Source: Eledone cirrhosa (taxonomy: Eukaryota). From it: a DNA stretch of 64,000 nt. The stretch spans positions 44,578,001-44,642,000 of the forward strand of contig OZ024746.1 of assembly GCA_964016885.1 (NCBI GenBank), read 5' to 3'. How positions within the stretch are numbered: the first letter of the stretch is position 1; each line of letters starts with the position of its first letter. The position numbers were made by a program, and so were the translations under genes. The notes beneath the pieces were generated by a model. It was not told the DNA's origin and ran no database searches. It was given only the letters and a program-made list of their open reading frames with translations. Positions 37,354 to 49,738 of the stretch are shown in pieces.

Positions 37354-38198
37354 GTGTTATTTTGTTTAGCGCGGTTCTGTTTCTCTATTGCCAGGTGAAC
37401 CTAGGGAAACATACGTTTTTATTGTAGAGAGGAACCGCATCTGAGAATGTGTGCTGTTCCTACTAGCCCGATCTTCAGTAGCTCATGTTTGCTCATCTTG
37501 CTGGGAAGGATGCTAAGGTGCAGGTTTGATGATTTGGGTATTAATCCTAATGCTCCTATTACCACAGGGATAGGGTTTGAGGTCATCCTCCACATGTGGT
37601 TGATCTCTATTTCCAGGTCTTTGTATTTTGACTTTTTTTCCACTGTCTTTATAGATATGTCAGCTGGTACGGAAATATCTATAAAGCTACATGTCTGATC
37701 TATTTTGTTTTATATAATGATATCTGGTCTGTTGGCAGCAATTTCACACTCAGTTATCACAGGCATATCCCATAAGATGGATCTGTTGCCCTTTTCCATG
37801 ATTCTTGCTGCCAGATGCTCATACCATTTGTTAAAATTTAGATGTCATGAGAGCATCCAGTGCACATATTTAGCAATGCAGTTGTGTCTTTCTATATAAT
37901 CAGATTTTGCCAGCTCTGGACACCCGGTAATAGCATGATCTACGGTTTCTTCATGTTTATAGTACATTCTGCATAGAGGGCTAGTCCCATCTTTCACTAT
38001 GCTGTGTCTATAGGCCCAAGTGTTTAGAAATTGGTCTCGTGCAGCAAGTCTGAGTCACTCAGTTTCTGCTTTCAAACCAGCACCTCTGAGCCAGGATAGT
38101 GAGACATGCTGATCATTGTCAGAACGTCGTTCTGGGTATCAACCATGTAATGGTTTTGCCCTCCACTCAGGATTTAGTTCCTCTGTTTGGAGTTTAAT
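37354..38198 (-). mobile_element. Older R4/Dong-type fragment, third family (C)
   Basis: RLE end EKKSKYKDLEIEINHMWRM..IPVVIGALG..GTAHILR and upstream GLKAETE-like remnants. Distinct from A and B at DNA level. Confidence 0.8.
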
Positions 38199-38517
38199 CC
38201 CCCCCCCCTCCTCATATGACCAATCCGCTGCTGCCTTGTCCAAATCAGAATACAAAATACTGGCTAGCTAATTTTTATTTTTCGAACATTTAAAATATAT
38301 AAATGAATTTGGAATGAGATTTTAGAATCAGTTCCTCGTGGAAACAAGTATTCGACCTTTACAGCACATTTCTGGTCACTTATCGAAGCAAAAGATCTTA
38401 CTTTTTGTCGACCGCGGTCGGTGTTACCAAGTGAAATTCGATAAAAACTTACCTCGAATGGAGTTTGTGTGTAGTCACACCGGCATTCTTCTTCTCCTTC
38501 GTCTCCCTCGTCTTCTT

Positions 38518-38870
38518 CAGTATCGGTAGAAGGTCGAACACCATGCTTTGCAGCATGGGGTTATGTCCCTTTACGGTCGGAGTTCAAATCCCGCCGAGGT
38601 TAACTTTGCCTTTCATCCTTACGGGGTCGATAAAATGTAATGCACTGGGGTCGATTTAATCGACTTTCGCTTCCCCAAAATTGCTGGCCTTGTGCCTATA
38701 TAAGAAACAGGGTCGGACGCCATGCTTTCCAGCATAGTTACATCCCTGTACGATCTGAGTTCAAATCCGACCAAGGTTGACTTTGCCTTTCATCCTTACG
38801 GGGCCGATAAAATAAAGTACCAGTAATGCACTGGGTAATTGCTCGCCTTGTACCTAAAGTAGAAACAATT
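38518..38870 (+). mobile_element. Two tandem, 5'-trimmed SINE copies
   Basis: Units ~38518-38709 and ~38710-38870 each have a B box and the CTTTGCCTTTCATCCTTACGGGG core. The second ends GTAGAAACAATTATTATT. Confidence 0.85.
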
Positions 38871-38930
38871 ATTATTATTACTGTAATTGTTGGTGTTGTT
38901 GTTGTTGTTGTTGTTATTATTATTATTATT

Positions 38931-41755
38931 ACAGTTGCATTTATCTTGCTTTATGTTCATACGAGTTATCACCAAGTCACAACCAGTGACCTCAAGAGAC
39001 AACAAGGTCCGCCATGTTCAAGAAAGAACATACATACTCACACATGCATCTTTAGTGTTTAGACTTGTGATGTACTTATATTGACAGAATCTTCCTTAGT
39101 ATATGGGCAGTTCCCATTAGTACTATCTTTTGTATTTCTCCTATACGCGGGTTTCCTGGGATTTGCGATAAGTAATCATTAGAACCCTTAGGTATCATTC
39201 CCAGAGCGCCTACAACCACTGGTATTGTTTTAGTTCTCAATTTCCACATTTTTCCACTTTCTATCTCCAGGACCTTATACTTGCTCAATTTTTCAAATGT
39301 TTTTATAGATACATTCTTGTCTATTGGAACTGACATATCAATTAGCAGGCATACCCTCTTTTTAAAGTCCTTCAATATTATATCAGGTCTATTTGCATCT
39401 ATTTTTCGGTCTGTTTGGATGCTAAAGTTCCACAAGATTGAGATGTGATCTTTTTCAAGTATGGGAGGTGGTTGATGCTCAAACCAATTGTTTTGATGGG
39501 GCAGGTCAAAATGCTTACACATTATCCAATGTATGTATTGTGCAGCTCTGTCATGCCTGTTTAGGTATTTGGTTGGAGCTATAGGACTGCACATTGAAAT
39601 TATATGGTCAATGGTCTCTTGTTGTTTTTTGCATACACGGCATAATGGGCTGCATCCATTTTTTATTATGTTGGCTTGGTAATTTTTTGTTGGCAGACAC
39701 TGATCTTGTGCCGATATAATCAGTCCTTCAGTCTCCGATTTCAGTCCAGAGGATGCCAACCACTGATGGGTTAAAGTTTTGTCAACATCAGGATTGTTAG
39801 CTCGCTCTGGGTATTTTCCATACAGAGGCTTTTCTTGCCATTTCTTAGCCAGTTTCTGTAGCAGTTCTTTCTTTGCAGTTACTTTTACCTGCTTTGCTTT
39901 TTCTGTGTTTTCTATTTCAGCAGTAAATGGGACTTCTGAAATTTGTAGTCCATTACTGTATCTTTGTGCATCTTTTGATGCTTTCGTGTTTCAAAACGAG
40001 TTTGATTATCCAATCATGTGATTCCCTTAGAAATGTAAATAATCCAATTGTTGCAGTTTTCAACGCAATGTCTAACAGGATTAATCCACATCCTCCTTCT
40101 TTTCTAGTGAGATATATTCTATCTATATCTGCCTTAGGGTGATGCATTCTGTGCATGGTTAAGAATTTTCGAATTTTTGTATCGAGGCTACGGATCTCTG
40201 TGCTTGACCAGTTGATGACATTGTAACTGTAGGTTACTACTGGTATGGCAAGCGTGTTTATGGCATCGATCCTATTCCTTGCATTCAATTCCGTTCTTAA
40301 GATTGCTCTTACTCTGCGGTAACATTCCTTCCTTATCCTTTCCCTCATTGTCGAGTGCTTGATTCCGTCTCCTTCACAAAACACCTAGATATTTGTAAGT
40401 TTTTTCTTGATCAAGTTCTCTTATCACGTTCCCCCGATCAAGATTAATGTCTGAACTCTTCAGCAGCTTTCCTCTGGTGAACGTTGCTTTGGCGCATTTA
40501 TCTAGTCCAAACTCCATTTTAATGTCATCACTGAACAAAACCTCCTGACAACGGAGGATATTTTGAAACTCTCTAAACATTTTTCAATCCAACTGTGTGG
40601 CAAACTATCGAATGCTTTTTCATAATCTATCCAAGCAATCGATAGATTTTTGTGTCTATTATGACAATCTTCCAGTATCATTTTGTTAAACAAAAGCTGA
40701 TCCTTACAGCCATATGAGCCTCGTTTACACCCTTTCTGCTCAATGGGAAATAGGTCATTTGTTATCAGGTCGTCATATGTGTATTCAGTTAGGACTGATG
40801 TTAAAATGTTATACATTGTGGTCAAGCAAGTTATCGGTCTGTAATTTTTGGGATTGTTTGTCTCATCATTCTTCGGAAGCAGGAATGTAATGCTGTTAAC
40901 TAGCCATGGTGGTATCATTTCTGGCTCCTTAACTATTTCATTGTTCAACTGTTATATTTTCCCATATTTGTTCCTCAAGGTGAGCTGTATCTTTCATTTG
41001 TCTGTCTATCCATGGGACATGTATGTTATGAACTTTTTCTTCGGCCCAGATCTTTTCCCAGAATTCTTGCACTTCCTCCTTGGGTGGTATTGATTTAGCA
41101 GTTATTGTTGACTTACCAATTTTTCTGTAGAAGTTTCTTTGGTTGTTTTTGAACATATTATTGTCCTTATATAATCTAGATCGTTTTTCAAAGCGCCTTA
41201 TACGAGCAGCTTTGGCCGACACTTTTTGCTTGATTATTTCTATCAGCATGTCTATGTCACTTGTTGATTTTATACTGTACTTTCTTTTCAATTTTCTAAG
41301 TTTAGTTTGTTTAATATGTTCACCTACTTTATAGTTTGTTAAAATTTCTATGTCAGATCGGAGAAGGTTTATTTGGCGATTGATGTTCTCTTGCCAAGTA
41401 GATATCTTGTAAGAATTCCTTTATTTTTTCATCTTCACTCCACATATGTGAGTGGTGACTTTAGCCGATGCATAATAGAGATGATTTAAATCAGTAATAT
41501 TTAGTTTGTTTGTGATGATAATGTTTTTGAGAATTATGTTAGTCTTGTGTATTATCTGTTGGTTCTGTTTGGAGTTCTGGATCTTACGGAGGGTGTCTCG
41601 TTGCCCCATGTCAGATTCTTTCATTTTCATCCATTCGATCATAATTTCATCCTTCTAGTTGGCAAGTTCATTCTCATTCATTTATTTATCATTTACGATC
41701 TCATTATTTTCATTTAGAGTTTCATCCTGAGCATGCACTCCCTCCACTCTTTCGA

Positions 41756-41756
<1 letters not shown>
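38931..41756 (-). mobile_element. Family B copy 3 (B3), 5'-truncated, internal deletions
   Basis: Near-identical to B1. The RT core (QGD..YMDD) is deleted at ~40536 and there is a further deletion at ~40943. (TTA)n on both sides. Confidence 0.92.
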
Positions 41757-41800
<44 letters not shown>

Positions 41801-41802
<2 letters not shown>

Positions 41803-44800
41803 TTTGAGTCTCAGTCATTCATGTTAGTTAACTGGAAAGTTTGTTGAAATGAATATCAAGCCACTACCTGCAGCCTCAGATATTCAGGACGTATTGGAGG
41901 GTTCTTGCTGTTCCCAGCAAGCATGCCTTTTAAAGCGTTCCAAAAAGCGTAGCGGGGCCAATTTTCTTTAACCATCCCTGGAAACCTTTTGTACCTAGTG
42001 CGCCTATGACAATCGGGACCACTTTGACTTCATGGCAGTTCCAAATCCTTTTTACCTCCCACTTTAAGTCCTGGTATCGGCTAATTTTCTCCCTCTCCTT
42101 CTCTTGCACCCTCGTGTCAGGCTACATCCACAATCAGGCACGATCTTTTTCTTTCTCCAAAACCACCAGGTCAGGTCTATTGTGTTCCAGTTTCTTGTCC
42201 GTCTGTATCCTAAAATCCCACAGCACCTTCACCTGATCGTTTTCTATCACCGACTCTGGCTTATGCTCATACCACTTCTCAGAATGTGGTAAAATGTTTA
42301 CTTTGCATAGGTACTAGTGGGCCACCCTGCCCATCACATCATGTCTCCAGCCCTTATAGTGAGTCTGGGCTAGGTGTTTACACTTGGATACAATGTGAGC
42401 CACAGTCTCCTCTCTCTCTCCACAGATCCTGCACAGTGGGCTAGCCTCCTCCTTGTAAATATGGTGTTTCAACCACTTCGTTTTGAGGGCCCACTGTTGC
42501 GCAGCCATTAACATTCCTTCTGTAGCCTTTTTAAGGTGTCCTCTTTTCAACCAGTTCCATGTCTGTGGATCTCTGAATTCAGTTTTCTCAAAGAAGGTAC
42601 TATGAAGGGATTTTTCCTGAAGGCTGCTCTTTCTCCTTGTTGTTATTTCATCCCTGGACATCCCCTGGTCTATTGTCCTCTCCTTCAGTACAGTTCTGAG
42701 CATTGGCTCCTTACTATCAGTCACGTATTTGTGTAGGTTTCTTTTCTCCATCTGAACACAGTCCTCTATACTGATAATAACTCTGCCATCTTCAGATCTC
42801 CTTAAGTAGAGTCTATCGACATCACTCCTTTTGTGGAACATGTTGTAGATAGTCAATAGCTTCCTCCTCTTCCAATCCAATTTTTTTGTTCAGCAACATT
42901 CCATCTCAGAATTCCCGCACTGTACCTAATAATAGACACAGCTCGGGAATTTACTGCACTTATGGCATTCCTACTGTTCAGTTGTGACTTTAATACGCTC
43001 CTTACTCTCCGAATGTATTCAGATCTTATCAATTCCTTCATTTTTTTGTTCTTGATGTCATCCGCCTCCAGAACACCCAAATACTTGTATCCTTCTTCAG
43101 TGTCAATTTCCTTTATCATCTCACCTGTTGGTACCTGGATTCCGTTGCTTCTGCTCAATTTACCCCTCTTCATCACAAGGACTCCACACTTACTAATACC
43201 AAATGCATACATATATCATTGCTGAAAATACGGACATCCAACTCCTTCTCACTCTTGCCAAAGAGTTTAAGATCGTCCATGAAGAGGAGGTGATTGATGG
43301 TAAGCTCTCCCTTTCCCAACATGTATCCTACTCTCACTTTTCGCAGTATAATGGTCAGGGGCATCAGGGCAAGGACAAAGAACAAAGGGGACAGACTATC
43401 TCCCTAGAAGATACCTCTCTTGATCTTCACGCCTCCCAAGGATTCTCCAGCTGATGTTAACTCTGTTTTCCAGGACTTCATACTTTTGCCCAACAACTGT
43501 CTGATGTTATCTGCCAGCTTGAAGATCTCTAGGCTTTTGGTTATCCAAGAATGAGGCACCATGTCAAATGCCTTTTTGTAGTCTATCCATCTCATGGCAA
43601 GACCAGTGTGTCTCCTCTTGCAATTCCTCATTATCAATAAGTAACTAGTCTTTTGTACCACGGGACTTCTTTCGGCATCCTTTCTGTTCGTCCGGTAACA
43701 AGTTGTTTGTGTGGAGGTGGTGGTAGATTTCCTCAGACATAATGCTTGTCAACAGTTTCCACATTACAGACAGACATGTGATCATTACCCTTGATTCGGT
43801 CTTTCAATACCAGAACTGTGGTACCTTTTGTCAACCACTCTGGTACCTCACCTGACATCAAGCAGTCATTGAACATGGTTGTCAGTTTCGGGTGGAGGGA
43901 TGTTATATTTTTAATCCAATACCCCTGCACACCATCTGGGCCTGGTGATTTCCAGTTGGTTAGTTTTTTGGCCTGCCCCTTAAAAGTTTCAACTGTGATA
44001 CTCAAATCAGTTTGTTGGTGTGCCTGTTCACTAATCTCCTTTTGTACTATCTCAATCCACACTGCCTGGTCATTATGTTTAACATCCTGCTCCCATATTC
44101 CTCTCCAGCATGTCTTAGTTTGTTCCGCCTAAGGGATCAAGTCGTTGCCTCTTTCTTTCCCTTCAAGCTGTCCAAACTGCATCTTCTGGTTGTTGTCAAA
44201 CATGCGGTTCTGTCTATACTGACTGACTCTGCTCTCATATCGCCTAATTTTTGCACTCGTTGCTACAATACGTTGTTTCAGTTCCTCTATGATAATATTT
44301 AGATTTTTCCTCCTAGTTTTGTACTTTATTTCCAGTCTATTTTTAGTGTCTATGTTTTTTAGTGTCCCATTCAGTAGGGACTCAAGCTTTCCAATGTCAT
44401 TTCTCATTTCCCTGATTTGACCATTCAGTCGTTTCTTCCACCAAGGCTCTGATCTTTCTTGTTTGTTGTTTCCTCTCGCTTTTATACCAAGTAATTTCCT
44501 CACCGCATTTGCTGTTGCTTTAAGATATTGTTGCACTGGTGAAGGCTCCTCGCCTCAAGGTATGGGATGACATTGTTTACCTTAGCTGTTGTTTCTTTTA
44601 ACTTTTTCCTGTCTACAAATCTTATGTTCATAGGTTTCCCACTATCATTGTTCAATTCATCTACCACTAAGTTTAGGATATCAACCAAATCTTGTCCTAG
44701 CACGTCAGCATCCATCTCCTCAATGGCCGTATCTTTGTTCCAGGTATTATTTATTTCAGCATTCAGATCATTGTCTGCTTCGGATGCTTCCTCCGTTCTC

Positions 44801-46176
44801 TCAACCTCTTCACCTTCATTTCCCACTGGCTCGTTTGCCTGGCATACTTCACTCTCCATTTCCAACCTAATCTCTCTACTCAGTTCCTCCAGTTCCAGCT
44901 CGCTTATCCAGCCATTAGTTCTTATTACTCGAGCCTGCCCGACCAATTTTTGTTCATCTAATTTAAATAGACCAATCTCGTTCCAGATGTTATGCATCCG
45001 TTTCCTATAGCCTTTCTCCTTGGGGTTACTCTTCAGGCAACATTTCATAACAGTTCTATTCAACTCTTTCGTCCAGTTGGTTCTGGTCCCTTTCCTTCTT
45101 CCTCCGACACCAGCAGTATTTGGTTGACAGCCAGGTCCCTGCTGCTGAGCCAAGGAGCACCTGCTGGGTGAGAGTCTGTCACATGACATTCCAGTCTCCA
45201 CTTCACCGTTATTCGAACTATTTAGGTTCGACATTTAAACACTCTTATCGAGGATTGGTGAATGGATAGTTACATAACCACCGGTGATTTCATCACTCCC
45301 GGTGATTTTTGTGTGGCACTATCACGCTGTAGACAAACATAAATAAACAAACAAACAAATAGGTAAAAAAAAACACCAAAAAGTATAAGCATAAGTTTCA
45401 TTGTAATGTAATGTTTGAATGTCTGACTTAGCTTTTCCCTTCCCTTCTCCGTCTGTCTGTTTGCTTTTGTTTTCATTTTTCTTTTCTTTACGTTTTTCGT
45501 TGTTGCTGTGCTGCTTTGATTTTGATTTTGGGTTTTTTGATTTTTTGACCGGATCATCAAATCAGTCTATTTATAACTTTTGATGCCTTCCTCTTTTAGT
45601 GGGGACACTACGATGCATGTCTTAGCAGGAGGTAGTGGGAGAGAATAGCGGCGGTAGTGATAATGAGGCAGTGGTGGTGGTGGTGGTGGTGGTGTGCTAG
45701 TAGTACTTAGCAGGAGGTAGTCGGAGAGAATATCAGCGGTAGCGGTAATGAGGCAGTGGTGGTGGTGATGTGATCGTAGTACTGTAGTGATGGTGTTGAA
45801 GTTGAAGTAGAAATAAAAGTTGAGGTAACTTGACTGGAGTTTTTAACGTGGTAGTGGTGATGGTAGCGGTGGTGGTGTTGGTGGTGAAATTATTTTTCTG
45901 TCTGTCCACTTAGCCATTTAGCTATTTAGCTATTTAGCCATTTTGCCATTTTCCTCTTTTTCGACTATAACATTTCTGATCCAAAATTAAATATTAAATA
46001 TTGGGGGCCTATGCCGTAAAGTGATGAGTTATGGCTTGCTGAGCGTGAAAACTGTAATCTTATTGTTCATTTGTAATAAGAATTATTCTATCACAGTTGT
46101 TTTAAAGAAGTAAAAATCAAAAACTTACGGGAGCGATTCCATAACGATATATAACCACCATGTGCATTTTCCTCCC
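41801..46176 (-). mobile_element. R4/Dong-type family A copy 2 (A2), full length, defective
   Basis: Collinear with A1 including the ~0.9 kb 5' leader. ORF start 45234, FMDD intact, many frameshifts. (TTA)n at 41757-41800 and 46177-46219. Confidence 0.93.
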
Positions 46177-46220
46177 TATTATTATTATTATTATTATTAT
46201 TATGATTATTATTATTATTT

Positions 46221-46900
46221 AGAGCTGCGCCCGTGTGGTCTGCTGCCCAGTGCATCATGTGCCTGTTCACGAGGTAAATGTTTGTGTTTGAATTTTGAAT
46301 ATTTACACACTGTTAAATACAAACAAAGAAAAACCTGTATGAAACTATGCAGTCTACAGAAGTGTATAAATGGAAGTATGGCGTCAGTACACGAATATTC
46401 TCCGTCGGCATAAACATTATTGGAAGGATTTGAATACGATGTCTTTAACGTAGTCAGAATGACAACATTTAAATATATACGAAAAATTGCAAAGAACTCT
46501 CGAGAAAAATATAAAAAATTCAGATTGTATGAAGCACCGTCAGATCAAAACAAAAACACCTACGGGAGCAACACATATATCAAAGACTCCTCTCCAAAAA
46601 ACAAAGAACACAAAAATAAAACAGGCACCATCAGATTCAACATTATATTCGTAGATGCAAAAAACCCCACTGGAAACGGAATAATTATGACAGAGTTTGA
46701 CGCCAAACAATGTAGAGCTTCCACGAAAATATTTAAATCAACAAACGAAAGTATGTGGTTTACTAAATCCTACTAAGATGCAAAGTAGCATAATAAGCAA
46801 ACAATTTTAGACAATATAAACACTAACACGGTAAACTAAACGTTTGCTAGAAAATAACAGCATCTGTACAATCAACAACAAAACCTCGGTAACTCTTCAG
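46221..46900 (+). mobile_element. Possible 5' end of another old LINE
   Basis: Starts immediately after (TTA)n. GC-richer start, GAG|GTAAAT at +53, then an A-rich ORF remnant (46420-46776). No diagnostic motif seen. Confidence 0.3.
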
Positions 46901-47609
46901 AGAGAGGAAACCTCCATGGGCTTCAATATACCTTTTTTATCGGAGGGGGTCGATGCTGTTAAATCCCGCTTAAACTGTTATATCTGTGCACATAATTTGA
47001 TATAGCAAATGTTTACGTTTTACTAACTAAGCTCATATATTCAAAGGCACCGTCTATGAAACCAAGATCATAATTCCTGCAAGAAGATATTCTCTTTCAT
47101 TTTACGAGGCCCTATAAGTAAATATTGCAGCTGCAAATCCTTCCACGTTACAATGTGTAGCAATGACTAAACTCAAATCTGTAAACCTGTGTCCCTAGAT
47201 ATTATAACCACTACACTCCAAACTATGCATTAGGTTAAGAAGTTTATATAAGTGATGGTTTCATTGCATAATCAGTCACCAATTTAACATTTTCAGAAAA
47301 CAAAAAGCATAACAGTAGACTCAAATGTCAAACCAATCTCATTTCTCGTTAGTAAACAAAAGAAATCAGAACAAAAACACGATAAAAGATTATGCAACTA
47401 CTCCTCTTCTATCAGTAGGAATCCAATAAAAATAATTAGCAGAATTTTGCTTAGCTATCCTTAAATAAAACCTGTTTCATTTTTGCGTTTAAATATGACA
47501 CGAATGCACAGATATTAAGGAATCAATTGAAAATGTATATCGCAATGACACCAGTTTAAAAAATAACGAAAATATGAAGTAATATGATATAATTCTTCAG
47601 TCTCAATGT

Positions 47610-47611
<2 letters not shown>

Positions 47612-47705
<94 letters not shown>
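47612..47705. repeat. (TA)n microsatellite
   Basis: Pure TA run, the first of many (also ~49130, 52957, 53350, 53795, 54470, 56733, 60958, 62792, 63318, 63575). Confidence 0.97.
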
Positions 47706-47706
<1 letters not shown>

Positions 47707-47708
<2 letters not shown>

Positions 47709-48168
47709 TGGTAAACGGAATAGAAAATGCTGACAAATTGTTCACAGTTGAAAAATGGTTTAATTAGGAATAAAAGAGTATTAGTGATTGTATGGGTTAG
47801 TATTCAGTTGTGGTTTTAAGTTTTTAAGTTTTTACCGGTTGCGCATTTCTAAATGCTTTTCAAAAATAATTTTGAGATAGAGTGTCCGTGCTGTTTGCTC
47901 TGATCTGATTAGTTTTGGGAATTCTACCTGTTTTTATGTTAAAAAAGTGGCTCCAGCGTTATTTTTGTGTTGCAAAAATGCTTGTGGTCAAAACAATTTT
48001 GATTGGTCGGTAGAGGTCATGTGAATGTATGTGCGTATATATATATAGTGAATATCATTTCACACCTTTTATTGTTAAGATTTTTGATGTTCCGATTTTT
48101 GATGAACCGATTTTACTGAAAAAATCGAATAATGTACACCATTTTACCAGGGGGAAAAAATACTGGTC

Positions 48169-48212
<44 letters not shown>

Positions 48213-48380
48213 TACACAAACACATACACACGCGTACATCAACATACAAAGAGACTTATACACACACACACACACACACACGCACTTCTCCGTATAAGAC
48301 AAAAGCTGAAAAATATCTTTTGACATGCTAAAATACTATTGCTTTCAGACACATTCTTACTGACCTTCGAATTACTCTGC

Positions 48381-48473
<93 letters not shown>

Positions 48474-48557
48474 ATCTTAATAGCCATTTGACACACATCG
48501 CTGCTGGCCATTGTCGCAGCATCGAACACCTTACTACTACTACTACACACACACACA

Positions 48558-48602
<45 letters not shown>

Positions 48603-49090
48603 ACACACACACATATTTGTTGTGAAAGAGTCATTTCTCAATCTTGGCGCAAAACCAATTTTTTATCCACATGACCTCTACCGACCAATCAAAATTGTTT
48701 TGACCAAGAATTTTTGCTGGAGCCACTTTTTTAACATAAAAACAGTCTTGGCGCAAAATCAACTTTTTACATTCACATGACCTCTACCGACCAATCAAAA
48801 TTGTTTTGACCACAAGCATTTTTGCAACACAAAAATAACGCTGGAGCCACTTTTTTAACATAAAAACAGGTAGAATTCCCCAAACTAATCAGATCAGAGC
48901 AAACAGCACGGACATTCTATCTCAAAATTATTTTTGAAAAGCATTTAGAAATGCGCAACCGGTAAAAACTTAAAAACTTAAAACCACAACTGAATACTAA
49001 CCCATACAATCACTAATACTCTTTTATTCCTAATTAAACCATTTTTCAAATGTGAACAATTTGTCAGCATTTTCTATTCCGTTTACCAAT
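47707..49090. mobile_element. Foldback element with ~323 bp inverted arms in TA context
   Basis: 47707-48029 is the near-perfect reverse complement of 48768-49090. Interior has (CA)n runs and a partial direct repeat 48642-48745. Confidence 0.85.
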
Positions 49091-49153
49091 ATATAATAAC
49101 TTGTGTGTTACACCTCTATTCTTTTAACTATATATATACATATATACATATAC

Positions 49154-49224
<71 letters not shown>

Positions 49225-49394
49225 AATATATATATATAAAAAAATATATATATATGACATTGAGAAAACGATTTAGGGTGTATATCGTTTGCTTATATAC
49301 ATATATATATATATACATATATACATACACACACGCAGATACACAGATACACACTCACACACACATACACACACACACATATATATATATATAT

Positions 49395-49649
49395 GTATAA
49401 CAAAGAAGGTGTGGTAAGATGCCAGGTGGACCATAACATACCAGATTACTCGATACTAAGGGTGGTAGAATGGGTGATAGGGAAAAGAATCAGGACCCCG
49501 ACGGCTGAGCTCCGGCCGTTTCCACAGCTAGATCTGAACATCAGTTCGGCAGGAGCTCAGCCGTTGGGGTCCTGAATCTTTCCACTCTGTGCGTTATGGT
49601 CCACCTCGGTGCGTTACGGTCCACCTAGCCATTACCACACCTTCTGTGT

Positions 49650-49654
<5 letters not shown>
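49395..49654. repeat. Small nested inverted-repeat element between microsatellites
   Basis: TATAACAAAGAAGGTGTGGTAA pairs with TTACCACACCTTCTGTGTTATA. Inner arms CAGGACCCCGACGGCTGAGCTC / GAGCTCAGCCGTTGGGGTCCTG. Related copy at 61353-61545. Confidence 0.8.

Positions 49655-49738
<84 letters not shown>

Noticed and set aside
6586-46219. Repeat-spacer pattern as a CRISPR array or integron
   Set aside because: Eukaryotic context; the repeats are variable-length microsatellites and the spacers are LINEs; no cas or integrase gene.
46420-46776. 118-aa ORF as a host gene
   Set aside because: Non-ATG start, in-frame stop just upstream, no motif; more likely a decayed element.
48029-49354. His/Thr, Cys/Val and Ile/Tyr repeat ORFs, also at 52.9-53.5, 56.6-56.9 and 62.7-63.7 kb
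   Set aside because: Translations of (CA)n, (TG)n and (TA)n microsatellites.
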